A stretch of 64,000 bases of DNA, taken from assembly GCA_036012905.1 (NCBI GenBank), contig DASCQF010000126.1, positions 13,165 to 77,164 of the forward strand, written 5' to 3'. This stretch comes from Vicinamibacterales bacterium (GTDB taxonomy: Bacteria > Acidobacteriota > Vicinamibacteria > Vicinamibacterales > UBA8438). The notes beneath the pieces are model-generated. The model had not been told where the DNA came from, did no database searches, and saw only the letters and a program-made list of their open reading frames with translations. A program made the translations under genes and the position numbers. Every line of letters starts with the position of its first letter. The first letter of the stretch is position 1. Below are positions 26,499 through 33,807 of this stretch, piece by piece.

Positions 26499-28119
26499 CC
26501 CCCGCGCTGGGTTGCGTTGGCGCCGGGCGGGCTTGGTAGCAAGGGCCTTCAGGCCCGCAGGGCCCGCGGCGCAATCGTCAACACCAGTGCGCCGCGGGAT
26601 TAGTGGCCCGCGCGGCTGGCAGGCCCTTATTCCGGTCTTGCTCTGTCTGGCTTTTGGCGCCTGCGCCACCGCCCGCCCACCCCGTGCTGGCGCCACCCCG
26701 TCCGATCGCCCCCCCCACGCTCTGGCTAACAGGCTGACCGCGCTCCTGGAGACCACGGCGGCAGAACCGGCGCTCTGGACGGTGTTCGTGCGGTCACTCG
26801 ACACCGGCGACGTGCTGTTCGACCATCGAGGCGATCGGCTCGTGATGCCGGCCTCCACGATGAAGATCGTGACGCTTGCCGTGTCGGCTGAACGACTTGG
26901 GTGGAATTATCGATTCGAGACCAGGCTGCTGTCAGCCGCGCCGGTGGTCGACGGGGTGCTGCGCGGCGACCTGATTGTGCGTGGCAGCGGCGACCCGACG
27001 ATCAACTCCGACGCCAGACGGGCCGTGCCGGCGTTCGACGCCTGGGCGTCAACGCTCCTCGAGGCCGGCATCACTGCCATAGACGGGCGTGTGATCGGGG
27101 ATGACGATCTGGTCGAGGACGCGGCGCCGGGGTACGGCTGGTCCTGGGATGACCTGCCCTACGGCTACGCGACGCCGGGCGGGGCGTTGCAGCACCGCGA
27201 CAACGTCGCACTCTTGACGGTGCATCCGGGCAGCGTCGCCAGCGAGCCGGTGGTGATTGATATTGATGTCGAGCTGCTGGCAATCGGTGCGCATGTGGTG
27301 AACCGGGTCGAAACGGTGTCCCCGAACGGCGAGACCGAGCTCACCTTGAAACGGATGCCGGACGGCGACCTCGAGGTGCTCGGCACCGTCCCGGCGAACG
27401 CGGCTCCGGTGTATCGCACCGCGTCGGTACAGAACCCCACCGTCTTCTTCGTGCGCGACCTGAAACAGGCGCTCACGGCCCGTGGCATCAACGTCTCGGG
27501 TGACGCGGTCGACCTCGACGAAGTCGATGCCACCGTCATCGACGACGATCTCAGGCTGCTCGCGACCCACTGGTCGCCACCACTCTCGGTTATCGCACAC
27601 ACCCTCATGGGGGTCAGCCAGAACCTGTATGCGGAAACGCTGCTCCGCACGCTGGACCAGCAGCGTCGGCCACGAACGGCCGCGGCCGGACGGGGCATCA
27701 TACGGGAGGTGCTGGCATCTTGGGGTGTCGACTCATCCCGAGTCATCGTCGCCGACGGCTCCGGGCTGTCAAGATACAACTACGTCACGGCGCGCACGCT
27801 TGTCGACGTCCTCGAACGGATGCACGACGACCCTCGGCACGCGACGCCATTCCGGGCGACCCTTCCGGTGGCCGCTCGCAGCGGCACACTCGAAACGAGA
27901 TTGACGGGAACGGCGGCCGCCGGCAACGTGCACGCCAAAACCGGGTCGATGTCGAACGTGAGTGCCCTCTCTGGCTACGTGACGAGCGCGGATGGTGAAG
28001 CCTTGGCCTTCGCCGTATTGGCCAACAACTTCGCTGGCGCCGCCGGACCAATCCTCGGCATCATCGACCGTCTCGTCGACGAGTTCGCGTCGTCGACGCG
28101 GTCCGACAGCGGACGTTGA
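26467..28119 (+). CDS. dacB: D-alanyl-D-alanine carboxypeptidase/endopeptidase (PBP4, peptidase S13)
   Basis: SxxK motif PASTMKIVT, SGLSRYN (SxN) and KTGSMSNV (KTG). The true start is probably the GTG at 26587, ahead of the hydrophobic signal WQALIPVLLCLAFGAC. Confidence 0.88.
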   Translation: MRWRHWTRLNDPRAGLRWRRAGLVARAFRPAGPAAQSSTPVRRGISGPRGWQALIPVLLCLAFGACATARPPRAGATPSDRPPHALANRLTALLETTAAEPALWTVFVRSLDTGDVLFDHRGDRLVMPASTMKIVTLAVSAERLGWNYRFETRLLSAAPVVDGVLRGDLIVRGSGDPTINSDARRAVPAFDAWASTLLEAGITAIDGRVIGDDDLVEDAAPGYGWSWDDLPYGYATPGGALQHRDNVALLTVHPGSVASEPVVIDIDVELLAIGAHVVNRVETVSPNGETELTLKRMPDGDLEVLGTVPANAAPVYRTASVQNPTVFFVRDLKQALTARGINVSGDAVDLDEVDATVIDDDLRLLATHWSPPLSVIAHTLMGVSQNLYAETLLRTLDQQRRPRTAAAGRGIIREVLASWGVDSSRVIVADGSGLSRYNYVTARTLVDVLERMHDDPRHATPFRATLPVAARSGTLETRLTGTAAAGNVHAKTGSMSNVSALSGYVTSADGEALAFAVLANNFAGAAGPILGIIDRLVDEFASSTRSDSGR

Positions 28120-28121
28120 CG

Positions 28122-28832
28122 CTAGCGTGCGGGGTCTGCCGGCAGCGCGGGATCGACGACACCAGTCTCAGCAAACCCGCGGGCACGCAGCTGACAACTG
28201 TCGCAGCGCCCGCAAGGGCGTCCGTCCGAGGTGGGTGCGTAGCAGCTATGGGTCAACCCGTAGTCGAGGCCCAACTCGAGCCCGCGTGTGATGATCTCAG
28301 CCTTCGACCAGTGGATCAGCGGCGCGTGGACGCGGAACCGGGCACCCTCGACGCCTGCCTTCGTGGCCAGGGCAGCCAGCTGCTCGAACGCGGTGATGTA
28401 TTCAGGGCGACAATCGGGATACCCGGAATAGTCGAGCGCGTTGACACCGATGAACAGGTCGGTGGCACCGAGGACCTCGGCCCAACCGAGTGCCATCGCC
28501 AGCAGCACGGTGTTGCGCGCCGGGACGTAAGTCGGCGGAATCTCGGCACGGTCCGGAGACCGGTCCGTCGGCACCTCGCCGTCACCGGTCAATGCCGATC
28601 CGCCGAGCGCCGCCAGGTCGACCTCGCACTCGAGATGACGCGCCACGCCCAGCGCGCGGGCCACCCGACGCGCCGCGTCGAGCTCACACGCATGACGCTG
28701 CCCATAGTGGACCGTCAGGGCAAACAAGGTGAACCCCTGGGCACGTGCGACTGCCGCGGCCGTGTACGAGTCGAGCCCCCCGCTCAGCAACACGACCGCC
28801 CTCCGGGCCGAAGCCTCAGTCCTCTCGGACAT
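28122..28832 (-). CDS. queC: 7-cyano-7-deazaguanine synthase
   Basis: [17 protein letters not shown]-loop, and a C-terminal Zn cysteines cluster CGRCDSC. The start at 28832 (MSERTE...) avoids the junk N-terminus of the 333-aa ORF. Confidence 0.9.
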   Translation of the reverse strand: MSERTEASARRAVVLLSGGLDSYTAAAVARAQGFTLFALTVHYGQRHACELDAARRVARALGVARHLECEVDLAALGGSALTGDGEVPTDRSPDRAEIPPTYVPARNTVLLAMALGWAEVLGATDLFIGVNALDYSGYPDCRPEYITAFEQLAALATKAGVEGARFRVHAPLIHWSKAEIITRGLELGLDYGLTHSCYAPTSDGRPCGRCDSCQLRARGFAETGVVDPALPADPAR

Positions 28833-28849
28833 CGTGCTCCCAACGATCT

Positions 28850-28906
28850 GGCGAAGCCCACCTGCCACCTTCTGACTTCTGCCTTCTGACTCCTGACTTC
28901 TCGAGC
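28850..28906 (+). repeat. Head plus heptamer array element (GGCGAAGCC.. then CTGACTT CTGCCTT CTGACTC CTGACTT CTCGAGC)
   Basis: Read directly from the sequence, in the queE-queC intercistronic spacer. Confidence 0.8.
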
Positions 28907-28914
28907 ATCCTCCG

Positions 28915-29556
28915 CTATACGCCGCGAGTCTCCGCGCCCCACAGATACTTGTGTAGCTGGATCTGCACACGCACCGGCAGATGGTCGCCAAGCACCCACT
29001 CGCCCAGCCGCGCTGGCGGCAGCGCGTCGTGAACCGGCGAGAACAGCACCGCCCCGCACCGCGTCGCGAGCGTGTGCCGCCGCACCACGTCTCGTGCGAA
29101 CTCGTAGTCGACGCGATCGGCAATGATGAACTTGACCTGGTCGCGGTTTGTCAGCCTCTCGAGGTTGCCCCAGACGTTCCGGCCAGACTCTGCGCTCCCG
29201 GGACACTTGATGTCCATGACCTTGATGACCGACGTGGGCACGCGGCCCACGTCCAGCTGCCCGCCGGTCTCCAGCAGCACGGTGGCGCCGTCGGCCACCA
29301 GCCGGTCCATCAAGGGATAGACGTCCTCCTGCAACAGCGGTTCGCCCCCGGTGATCTCGACCAGGTCGCACCGGTACTGCCCAACCTCGGCGATGACGTC
29401 CGCCACCTCGAGCGCGCGTCCATCGCGAAAGGCATACGGGGTGTCACACCAGACACAGCGCAGGTCGCAACCAGTCAGCCGTACGAAGACGCACGGCCGC
29501 CCGCTCTGGTCGGATTCGCCCTGAATCGAGTAGAAGATTTCGTTGACGGTCAGCAT
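28915..29556 (-). CDS. queE: 7-carboxy-7-deazaguanine synthase (radical SAM)
   Basis: [39 protein letters not shown] (QueE Cx14CxxC-type cluster motif). Confidence 0.9.
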   Translation of the reverse strand: MLTVNEIFYSIQGESDQSGRPCVFVRLTGCDLRCVWCDTPYAFRDGRALEVADVIAEVGQYRCDLVEITGGEPLLQEDVYPLMDRLVADGATVLLETGGQLDVGRVPTSVIKVMDIKCPGSAESGRNVWGNLERLTNRDQVKFIIADRVDYEFARDVVRRHTLATRCGAVLFSPVHDALPPARLGEWVLGDHLPVRVQIQLHKYLWGAETRGV

Positions 29557-29620
29557 CCCAGATGGCCTACATGGGGAAGCACCCACGCCCATTCTACCCG
29601 TGGCCTACACGACGCACCGG

Positions 29621-30337
29621 TCACTTCCCTACCTTGACCACGCCGATTTGCGGACACAAGGTGGATATGGCGCACCGGCCACAAACCGGGTAGACCGGCT
29701 TACAGACGTTTTGTCCCCAGGTCACCAGATACAGGTTGAGGAGCGGCCACCAGCGGCGCGCCGCTACCTGGTAGAGCGCCTCCTCCGTCTCCGCCGGCGT
29801 CTGTGTCTCAACCCACCCCAGACGGTTCGAGATCCGATGCACGTGGGTGTCGACACAGATGTTCTCCTGGCTCCGGAGCGCCACGATTAGCACCAGATTG
29901 GCGGTCTTGCGGCCAACCCCCGGCAGTTCGAGCAGCTCCGCCATCGTCGTCGGCACCTGTCCGCTGTGCCGAGCGAGCAGCAGCCGGCAGGTCTTCTTGA
30001 GGTGCCGCGTCTTGTTCCGGTAGAAGCTGACCGGATATATCAGCTTCTCGATGGTGGCCACCCGCAGCCCAGCCATCTCGCGCGGTGTCTCGGCTCGGGC
30101 AAAGAGCCGGGTCGAGGCCGCTAGCGTGACCGGGTCCCGCGTCTGGGCCGACAGCATCGTGGAGATCAGCACCTTGAACGGGTCGGATTGCTCTTCCTCG
30201 GCGATCTTCTCGACCGCCGGCTCGGCCATCTCGCCCATCGCGGCCCGCAGCCGGGGCATCACCCGGGCGACGTGACGACGAGTGGATGCCGCCGGGGACC
30301 CAACGGCACTGGCTGCTCTGTTCTTCGCTTTGCTCAT
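29621..30337 (-). CDS. nth: endonuclease III
   Basis: HhH-GPD: LISTMLSAQTRD and LPGVGRKTANLVL, then VDTHVHRISNRLG. C-terminal 4Fe-4S loop CKPVYPVCGRCAISTLC. Confidence 0.9.
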   Translation of the reverse strand: MSKAKNRAASAVGSPAASTRRHVARVMPRLRAAMGEMAEPAVEKIAEEEQSDPFKVLISTMLSAQTRDPVTLAASTRLFARAETPREMAGLRVATIEKLIYPVSFYRNKTRHLKKTCRLLLARHSGQVPTTMAELLELPGVGRKTANLVLIVALRSQENICVDTHVHRISNRLGWVETQTPAETEEALYQVAARRWWPLLNLYLVTWGQNVCKPVYPVCGRCAISTLCPQIGVVKVGK

Positions 30338-30370
30338 TACTGGATTCTTGCGAGCTGCGAACCAGATGTT

Positions 30371-30430
30371 GGCGAAGCCCTCCAGCTTCTCCTGACTCCT
30401 GCCTCCTGACTTCTGACTCCTATCGAGCGC
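30371..30430 (+). repeat. Hairpin-head plus heptamer array element (GGCGAAGCCCTCCAGCTTCTC then CTGACTC CTGCCTC CTGACTT CTGACTC CTATCGAGCGC)
   Basis: Read directly from the sequence, between the 2-hydroxyacid dehydrogenase stop and the nth start. Confidence 0.8.
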
Positions 30431-30433
30431 TCT

Positions 30434-31405
30434 TCAGAGGGCCACCGGCGTCACCGCCGGCCGCCCACTCACGACCTCCACCACGTTGCGCACGGCGAGC
30501 TCGGCCATCGCCGTACGGGTTTCACGGGTGGCGCTCCCCAGGTGCGGCGTCAGACAGACGTTCTCCCGGCCAACCAGCTGAGGGTGCACACCCGGCTCCC
30601 CCTCGTACACATCGAGACCGGCGCCGGCAATCAGACGCGCATCAAGGGCCCAGGCAAGGGCGCCGTCGTCCACCACTCCCCCACGCGACGTGTTGATCAA
30701 GAACGCCGATCGCTTCATGCGCGCCAACGTCCGCCGGTTGATCAGGTGTCGGGTGTCCTGGGTCAACGGCACGTGCAACGACACGACGTCAGATGTCAGC
30801 AGAAGTTCGTCGAGCGATACCACCGCATGGTCGGTCGCGGCATTCTCGGCGCCAGCACCGGTCCGCGCAGCGAAGACCGCACGCATCCCGAACGCCGGCG
30901 CAACGGCGGCCACGGCGCGACCGATCCGTCCGGCGCCGACGACCCCGAGCTGCTTGCCCCGTAGCTCGGCGCCCAGGAGGAAATCGAAGGCCCAACCCTT
31001 CCAGGCGCCGTTCCGGACCACCCGCTCGCCCTCACCGATGCGGCGCGTCACCGCCAGAATCAACGCCCACGTGAATTCCGCCGTTGCGCCCGTCAGGATG
31101 TCGGGCGTGTTCGTCACCACGATCCCCCGCGACGCGGCGGCCGCGACATCGATGTTGTCGAATCCGACCGCGACGGTCGCGACCACCTTCAGCTGGTCTC
31201 CGGCGGCGATCGCCGACTCTTCGATCCGATCGTTGAACATGCAGATGAGGCCCTGCTTCCCACCCACACGCGCGCATAGCGCGTCGTGCGACAGCGCGTC
31301 AGAGTGGTCGTGCAGGTCGATGTCGCAGACGACTTCGAGCTGGGCGAGCACGGCAGACGGCATCCGCCGTGTGACGAGCACGGACGGCTTAGTGGCCCCG
31401 GTCAT
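30434..31405 (-). CDS. D-isomer-specific 2-hydroxyacid dehydrogenase (glyoxylate/hydroxypyruvate reductase-like)
   Basis: NAD-binding GVVGAGRIGRAVA, catalytic-region NTSRGGVVD, and HLGSAT. The start is ambiguous. ATG 31405 lies inside the inverted-repeat element, and an in-frame GTG at 31381 is the alternative. Confidence 0.85.
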   Translation of the reverse strand: MTGATKPSVLVTRRMPSAVLAQLEVVCDIDLHDHSDALSHDALCARVGGKQGLICMFNDRIEESAIAAGDQLKVVATVAVGFDNIDVAAAASRGIVVTNTPDILTGATAEFTWALILAVTRRIGEGERVVRNGAWKGWAFDFLLGAELRGKQLGVVGAGRIGRAVAAVAPAFGMRAVFAARTGAGAENAATDHAVVSLDELLLTSDVVSLHVPLTQDTRHLINRRTLARMKRSAFLINTSRGGVVDDGALAWALDARLIAGAGLDVYEGEPGVHPQLVGRENVCLTPHLGSATRETRTAMAELAVRNVVEVVSGRPAVTPVAL

Positions 31406-31583
31406 AAATACGGTCGCATTCGGCCGCCGATGCATCCCACCAGGCGCGGCGCTGGGCTTCGGCTCAGCGGGGTCGACTGCTGCCGGTCTGCTCCCTCCTC
31501 GCGCCTACCGCGAGCTGTGTGCGGCATCCGTCGAGTCGGCCCTCGATGCGTGACCGTATTTTTGACCGGGACCACTCGGACGG
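31388..31583. mobile_element. ~195-bp element with 25-bp terminal inverted repeats, copy A (MITE-like or structured RNA)
   Basis: Left arm AGTGGCCCCGGTCATAAATACGGTC (31391-31415) matches the reverse complement of the right arm (31552-31576) at 23/25 positions. About 80-85% identical by eye to 62305-62500. It is flanked by the direct repeat CGGACGG (31381-31387 and 31577-31583). Confidence 0.7.
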
Positions 31584-31595
31584 AGCCGTGGGGGG

Positions 31596-31868
31596 TCAGT
31601 CGACCAACCCGTTGGGGTCGACGATGCCGACGAGCGCGGCATCCACCGGGGCCGCGCGACGACCGAGGGCGGCGCCGGCGGCCCGCCCCTCGAGGACGAG
31701 CAGCACCAGTTCGCCGACGCCGGCGCCAACGGCGTCGACCGCCAGCTGGGTCGCACCCATCGGTCGGCCGTCACGGTCCACCGGCTGCGTCAACAGCAGC
31801 TTCGCCCCCTCGAGAGTACGGTCCTTCTTTGTCGCCACGACGGAGCCGATGACCCTGGCGATCCGCAT
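31596..31868 (-). CDS. BMC vertex protein, EutN/CcmL family (BMC-P), paralog 3 in the operon
   Basis: MRIARVIGSVVATKKDRTLEGAKLLLTQPV...AVDAVGAGVGELVLLV...PVDAALVGIVD is collinear with EutN/CcmL. Confidence 0.9.
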   Translation of the reverse strand: MRIARVIGSVVATKKDRTLEGAKLLLTQPVDRDGRPMGATQLAVDAVGAGVGELVLLVLEGRAAGAALGRRAAPVDAALVGIVDPNGLVD

Positions 31869-31875
31869 CTCCCGG

Positions 31876-32196
31876 CTACCCCCCGGTGGAACGACGACGT
31901 GAGGCGCGGCGTGACGGCGTGGTCGCGACAGCCTCGGTGCTCCAGTGGTCGCAGATGCCGGTGACGCTCGCGTCGGTCGGAACCACTCGAGGGTGAAACG
32001 GGAAGGCTGCCTCTCGGCCGCGAACGAAGAACACGTCTTCGCCAGCGCCGGCTCCGACTGAATCGACCGCCACCAGCGGCGCTCCCACCTTCTCGCGCGC
32101 CGCGGACAGCGGCTGCAGCACGAGTAGCGTGCATCCGGCCAGACCGGGGTCCTTCGCGGTCGAAACGACGTTGCCGATCACCCGTGCGAGCTGCAT
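31876..32196 (-). CDS. BMC vertex protein, EutN/CcmL family (BMC-P), paralog 2, with a basic C-terminal tail
   Basis: MQLARVIGNVVSTAKDPGLAGCTLLVLQPL...AVDSVGAGAGEDVFFV. It carries an extra 23-aa tail HWSTEAVATTPSRRASRRRSTGG. Confidence 0.85.
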   Translation of the reverse strand: MQLARVIGNVVSTAKDPGLAGCTLLVLQPLSAAREKVGAPLVAVDSVGAGAGEDVFFVRGREAAFPFHPRVVPTDASVTGICDHWSTEAVATTPSRRASRRRSTGG

Positions 32197-32225
32197 CGAT
32201 GCGTGCTACCTGGAGGACTCAGCGG

Positions 32226-32501
32226 TCAGGCCGCGTCATCGGTATCGACCGCGTCGACGATACCGACAATCGCCGCGTCGATCGGACGGTCGGTGAGCCC
32301 AGCGGCCATTCGCGCCGAGCTGCCGCTGACCACCAGCACCGTTTCGGCGGCACCTGCGTCAACCGTGTCGACCGCCACCAGCGAGGCCCCATGCGCTTCA
32401 CCATCGGGTGACACCGGCTGCACGAGCAACAGCTTGCTCCCGACCAGCCGGTCGTCCTTGCGGGTCGCGACGACGGTGCCTACCACCTTTGCGAGGATCA
32501 T
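32226..32501 (-). CDS. BMC vertex protein, EutN/CcmL family (BMC-P), paralog 1
   Basis: MILAKVVGTVVATRKDDRLVGSKLLLVQPV...AVDTVDAGAAETVLVVSGSSAR...PIDAAIVGIVD. An upstream Met at 32525 is an alternative start. Confidence 0.9.
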   Translation of the reverse strand: MILAKVVGTVVATRKDDRLVGSKLLLVQPVSPDGEAHGASLVAVDTVDAGAAETVLVVSGSSARMAAGLTDRPIDAAIVGIVDAVDTDDAA

Positions 32502-32572
32502 GACGTCTAGATAGGAACGTGTCACACGAAGACGGCGCCCTCGCGTGGTGCGACGGCGGCCTGTCGGGCACG

Positions 32573-32860
32573 CTACTTACCCGTGCTCTTGCCGATCGGC
32601 AGGGCGTCTTCGACGTTGGCGTGGGGTCGCGGGATTACGTGCACCGCCACGAGTTCGCCGACACGACGCGCGGCAGCGGCGCCGGCGTCGGTGGCCGCCT
32701 TCACGGCCGCCACGTCTCCCCGCACGATCGTGGTCACGAGGCCCGCGCCGATCTTTTCCCAGCCGACCAGAGTCACCTTGGCGGCCTTGACCATGGCGTC
32801 CGATGCTTCGATCATCGCGACGAGTCCCTTGGTCTCCACCATTCCCAGCGCCTCGCCCAT
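32573..32860 (-). CDS. BMC shell hexamer protein (BMC-H, PduA/EutM/CcmK family)
   Basis: [80 protein letters not shown] is near-collinear with PduA. A GGAGG sits 6 nt upstream of the ATG. Confidence 0.95.
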   Translation of the reverse strand: MGEALGMVETKGLVAMIEASDAMVKAAKVTLVGWEKIGAGLVTTIVRGDVAAVKAATDAGAAAARRVGELVAVHVIPRPHANVEDALPIGKSTGK

Positions 32861-32873
32861 TCCATGCCTCCAA

Positions 32874-33794
32874 CTACTGCAACTGCTTCACGGCATCTGC
32901 GATCAGTGCCGTCAGCTCGCGGTATGTTAATCGAATTTCCTCATCCGAACCTAGCAACCCGGAACCAAGGTCCAATGGCTGACGACCGGAACCGCCATGG
33001 GATTCATCACTGGCGTCCCGCGTTCCGGCCCGACTGGAATCGACCGCCTGCGTGTCGACCACCTGCTCGCCAGGCTGCGCCGGCGCCTCGAGCGTTTGGC
33101 AACTGAGGTCGGGGCCGTTTTCCGGGTCCGTCGGGCAGATCGGCGCCGGTGCCGCGATGCCGTAGCGATCCCGAAGGTCCTGCAGCCGGTTCACCTCTTC
33201 TCGCGATAGAAGCCGCTCTCGGCCCAACTGTCTGGCCACGAGGCTGATCCGTGCGAAGTGCTCCACCGTTTCCATCTTGTAGTAGGCCGCAAACAGCTCA
33301 TCCGCAACCGTCAGGGCGCCATGATTGGCGAGCAACAACCCGTCGTGCGCGCGGATGTACTGCCGCACGGCATCGGCCAGCTCGCTGGTGGAGGGGGTGC
33401 CGTAATCGGCGATCGGAATGCTGCCCAGCGTGGTGACCACCTCCGCCAGCACCGCGCGATCGAGCGGAATCCCAGCGACGGCAAACCCGGTCGCGGTCGG
33501 CGGGTGCGCGTGCACGACGGCCTTGATCTCCGGCCGGTTCTCGTAGACCGCCAGGTGCATGAGGATCTCGGACGACGGCTCGCGCTCACCGGTGAGCTTG
33601 CCCCCGGCGAGGTCGGTCGTGACCATCATGTCCGGCGTCATGAAGCCCTTCGACACGCCGGTCGGCGTCGTCAGTAGCCGGTCGCCTTCGAGGCGGACAC
33701 TGATGTTCCCGTCGTTCGACGCGACAAAGCCGCGCTCGTGCAGCCGACGCCCGACTTCGACGATGTCGGCCCTGAGCCGCTCTTCAGTCTGCAT
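32874..33794 (-). CDS. class II aldolase (fuculose/rhamnulose-phosphate aldolase family) with a ~90-aa C-terminal extension ending in an amphipathic helix
   Basis: Catalytic motifs are [19 protein letters not shown] and LLANHGALT (Zn His triad plus Glu, as in FucA). Residues ~217-306 are extra. They form a Pro/Gly/Ser/Asp linker, then [22 protein letters not shown]. Confidence 0.9.
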   Translation of the reverse strand: MQTEERLRADIVEVGRRLHERGFVASNDGNISVRLEGDRLLTTPTGVSKGFMTPDMMVTTDLAGGKLTGEREPSSEILMHLAVYENRPEIKAVVHAHPPTATGFAVAGIPLDRAVLAEVVTTLGSIPIADYGTPSTSELADAVRQYIRAHDGLLLANHGALTVADELFAAYYKMETVEHFARISLVARQLGRERLLSREEVNRLQDLRDRYGIAAPAPICPTDPENGPDLSCQTLEAPAQPGEQVVDTQAVDSSRAGTRDASDESHGGSGRQPLDLGSGLLGSDEEIRLTYRELTALIADAVKQLQ

Positions 33795-33807
33795 CTACTG
33801 ACCCGAA

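Noticed and set aside
23653-26542. 537-aa and 440-aa minus-strand ORFs opposite the gldG-like and DUF4340 genes
   Set aside because: Both are antisense shadow ORFs. One is Ser/Thr/Ala/Arg-rich and the other Arg/Gly/Asp-rich. The plus-strand genes have membrane anchors, translational coupling and family context.
28850-28906. Heptamer arrays as CRISPR arrays or as coding repeats
   Set aside because: The units are only 7 nt and directly abut, with no spacers, and no cas genes are present. Reading frames through them give frame-dependent junk (SDF/LLTSDF/RRQKAG) attached to otherwise well-defined gene starts.
31388-31583. The inverted-repeat element as a known riboswitch (cobalamin, TPP, glycine, guanidine/ykkC)
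   Set aside because: I compared the minus-strand RNA by eye with the conserved cores I know: the B12 box, the CUGAGA/ACCUGA of TPP, the GGAGAG...CACCG of glycine, and the GGGA/ACACGG of ykkC. None is present. The element is kept as an unclassified element, not called as a riboswitch.
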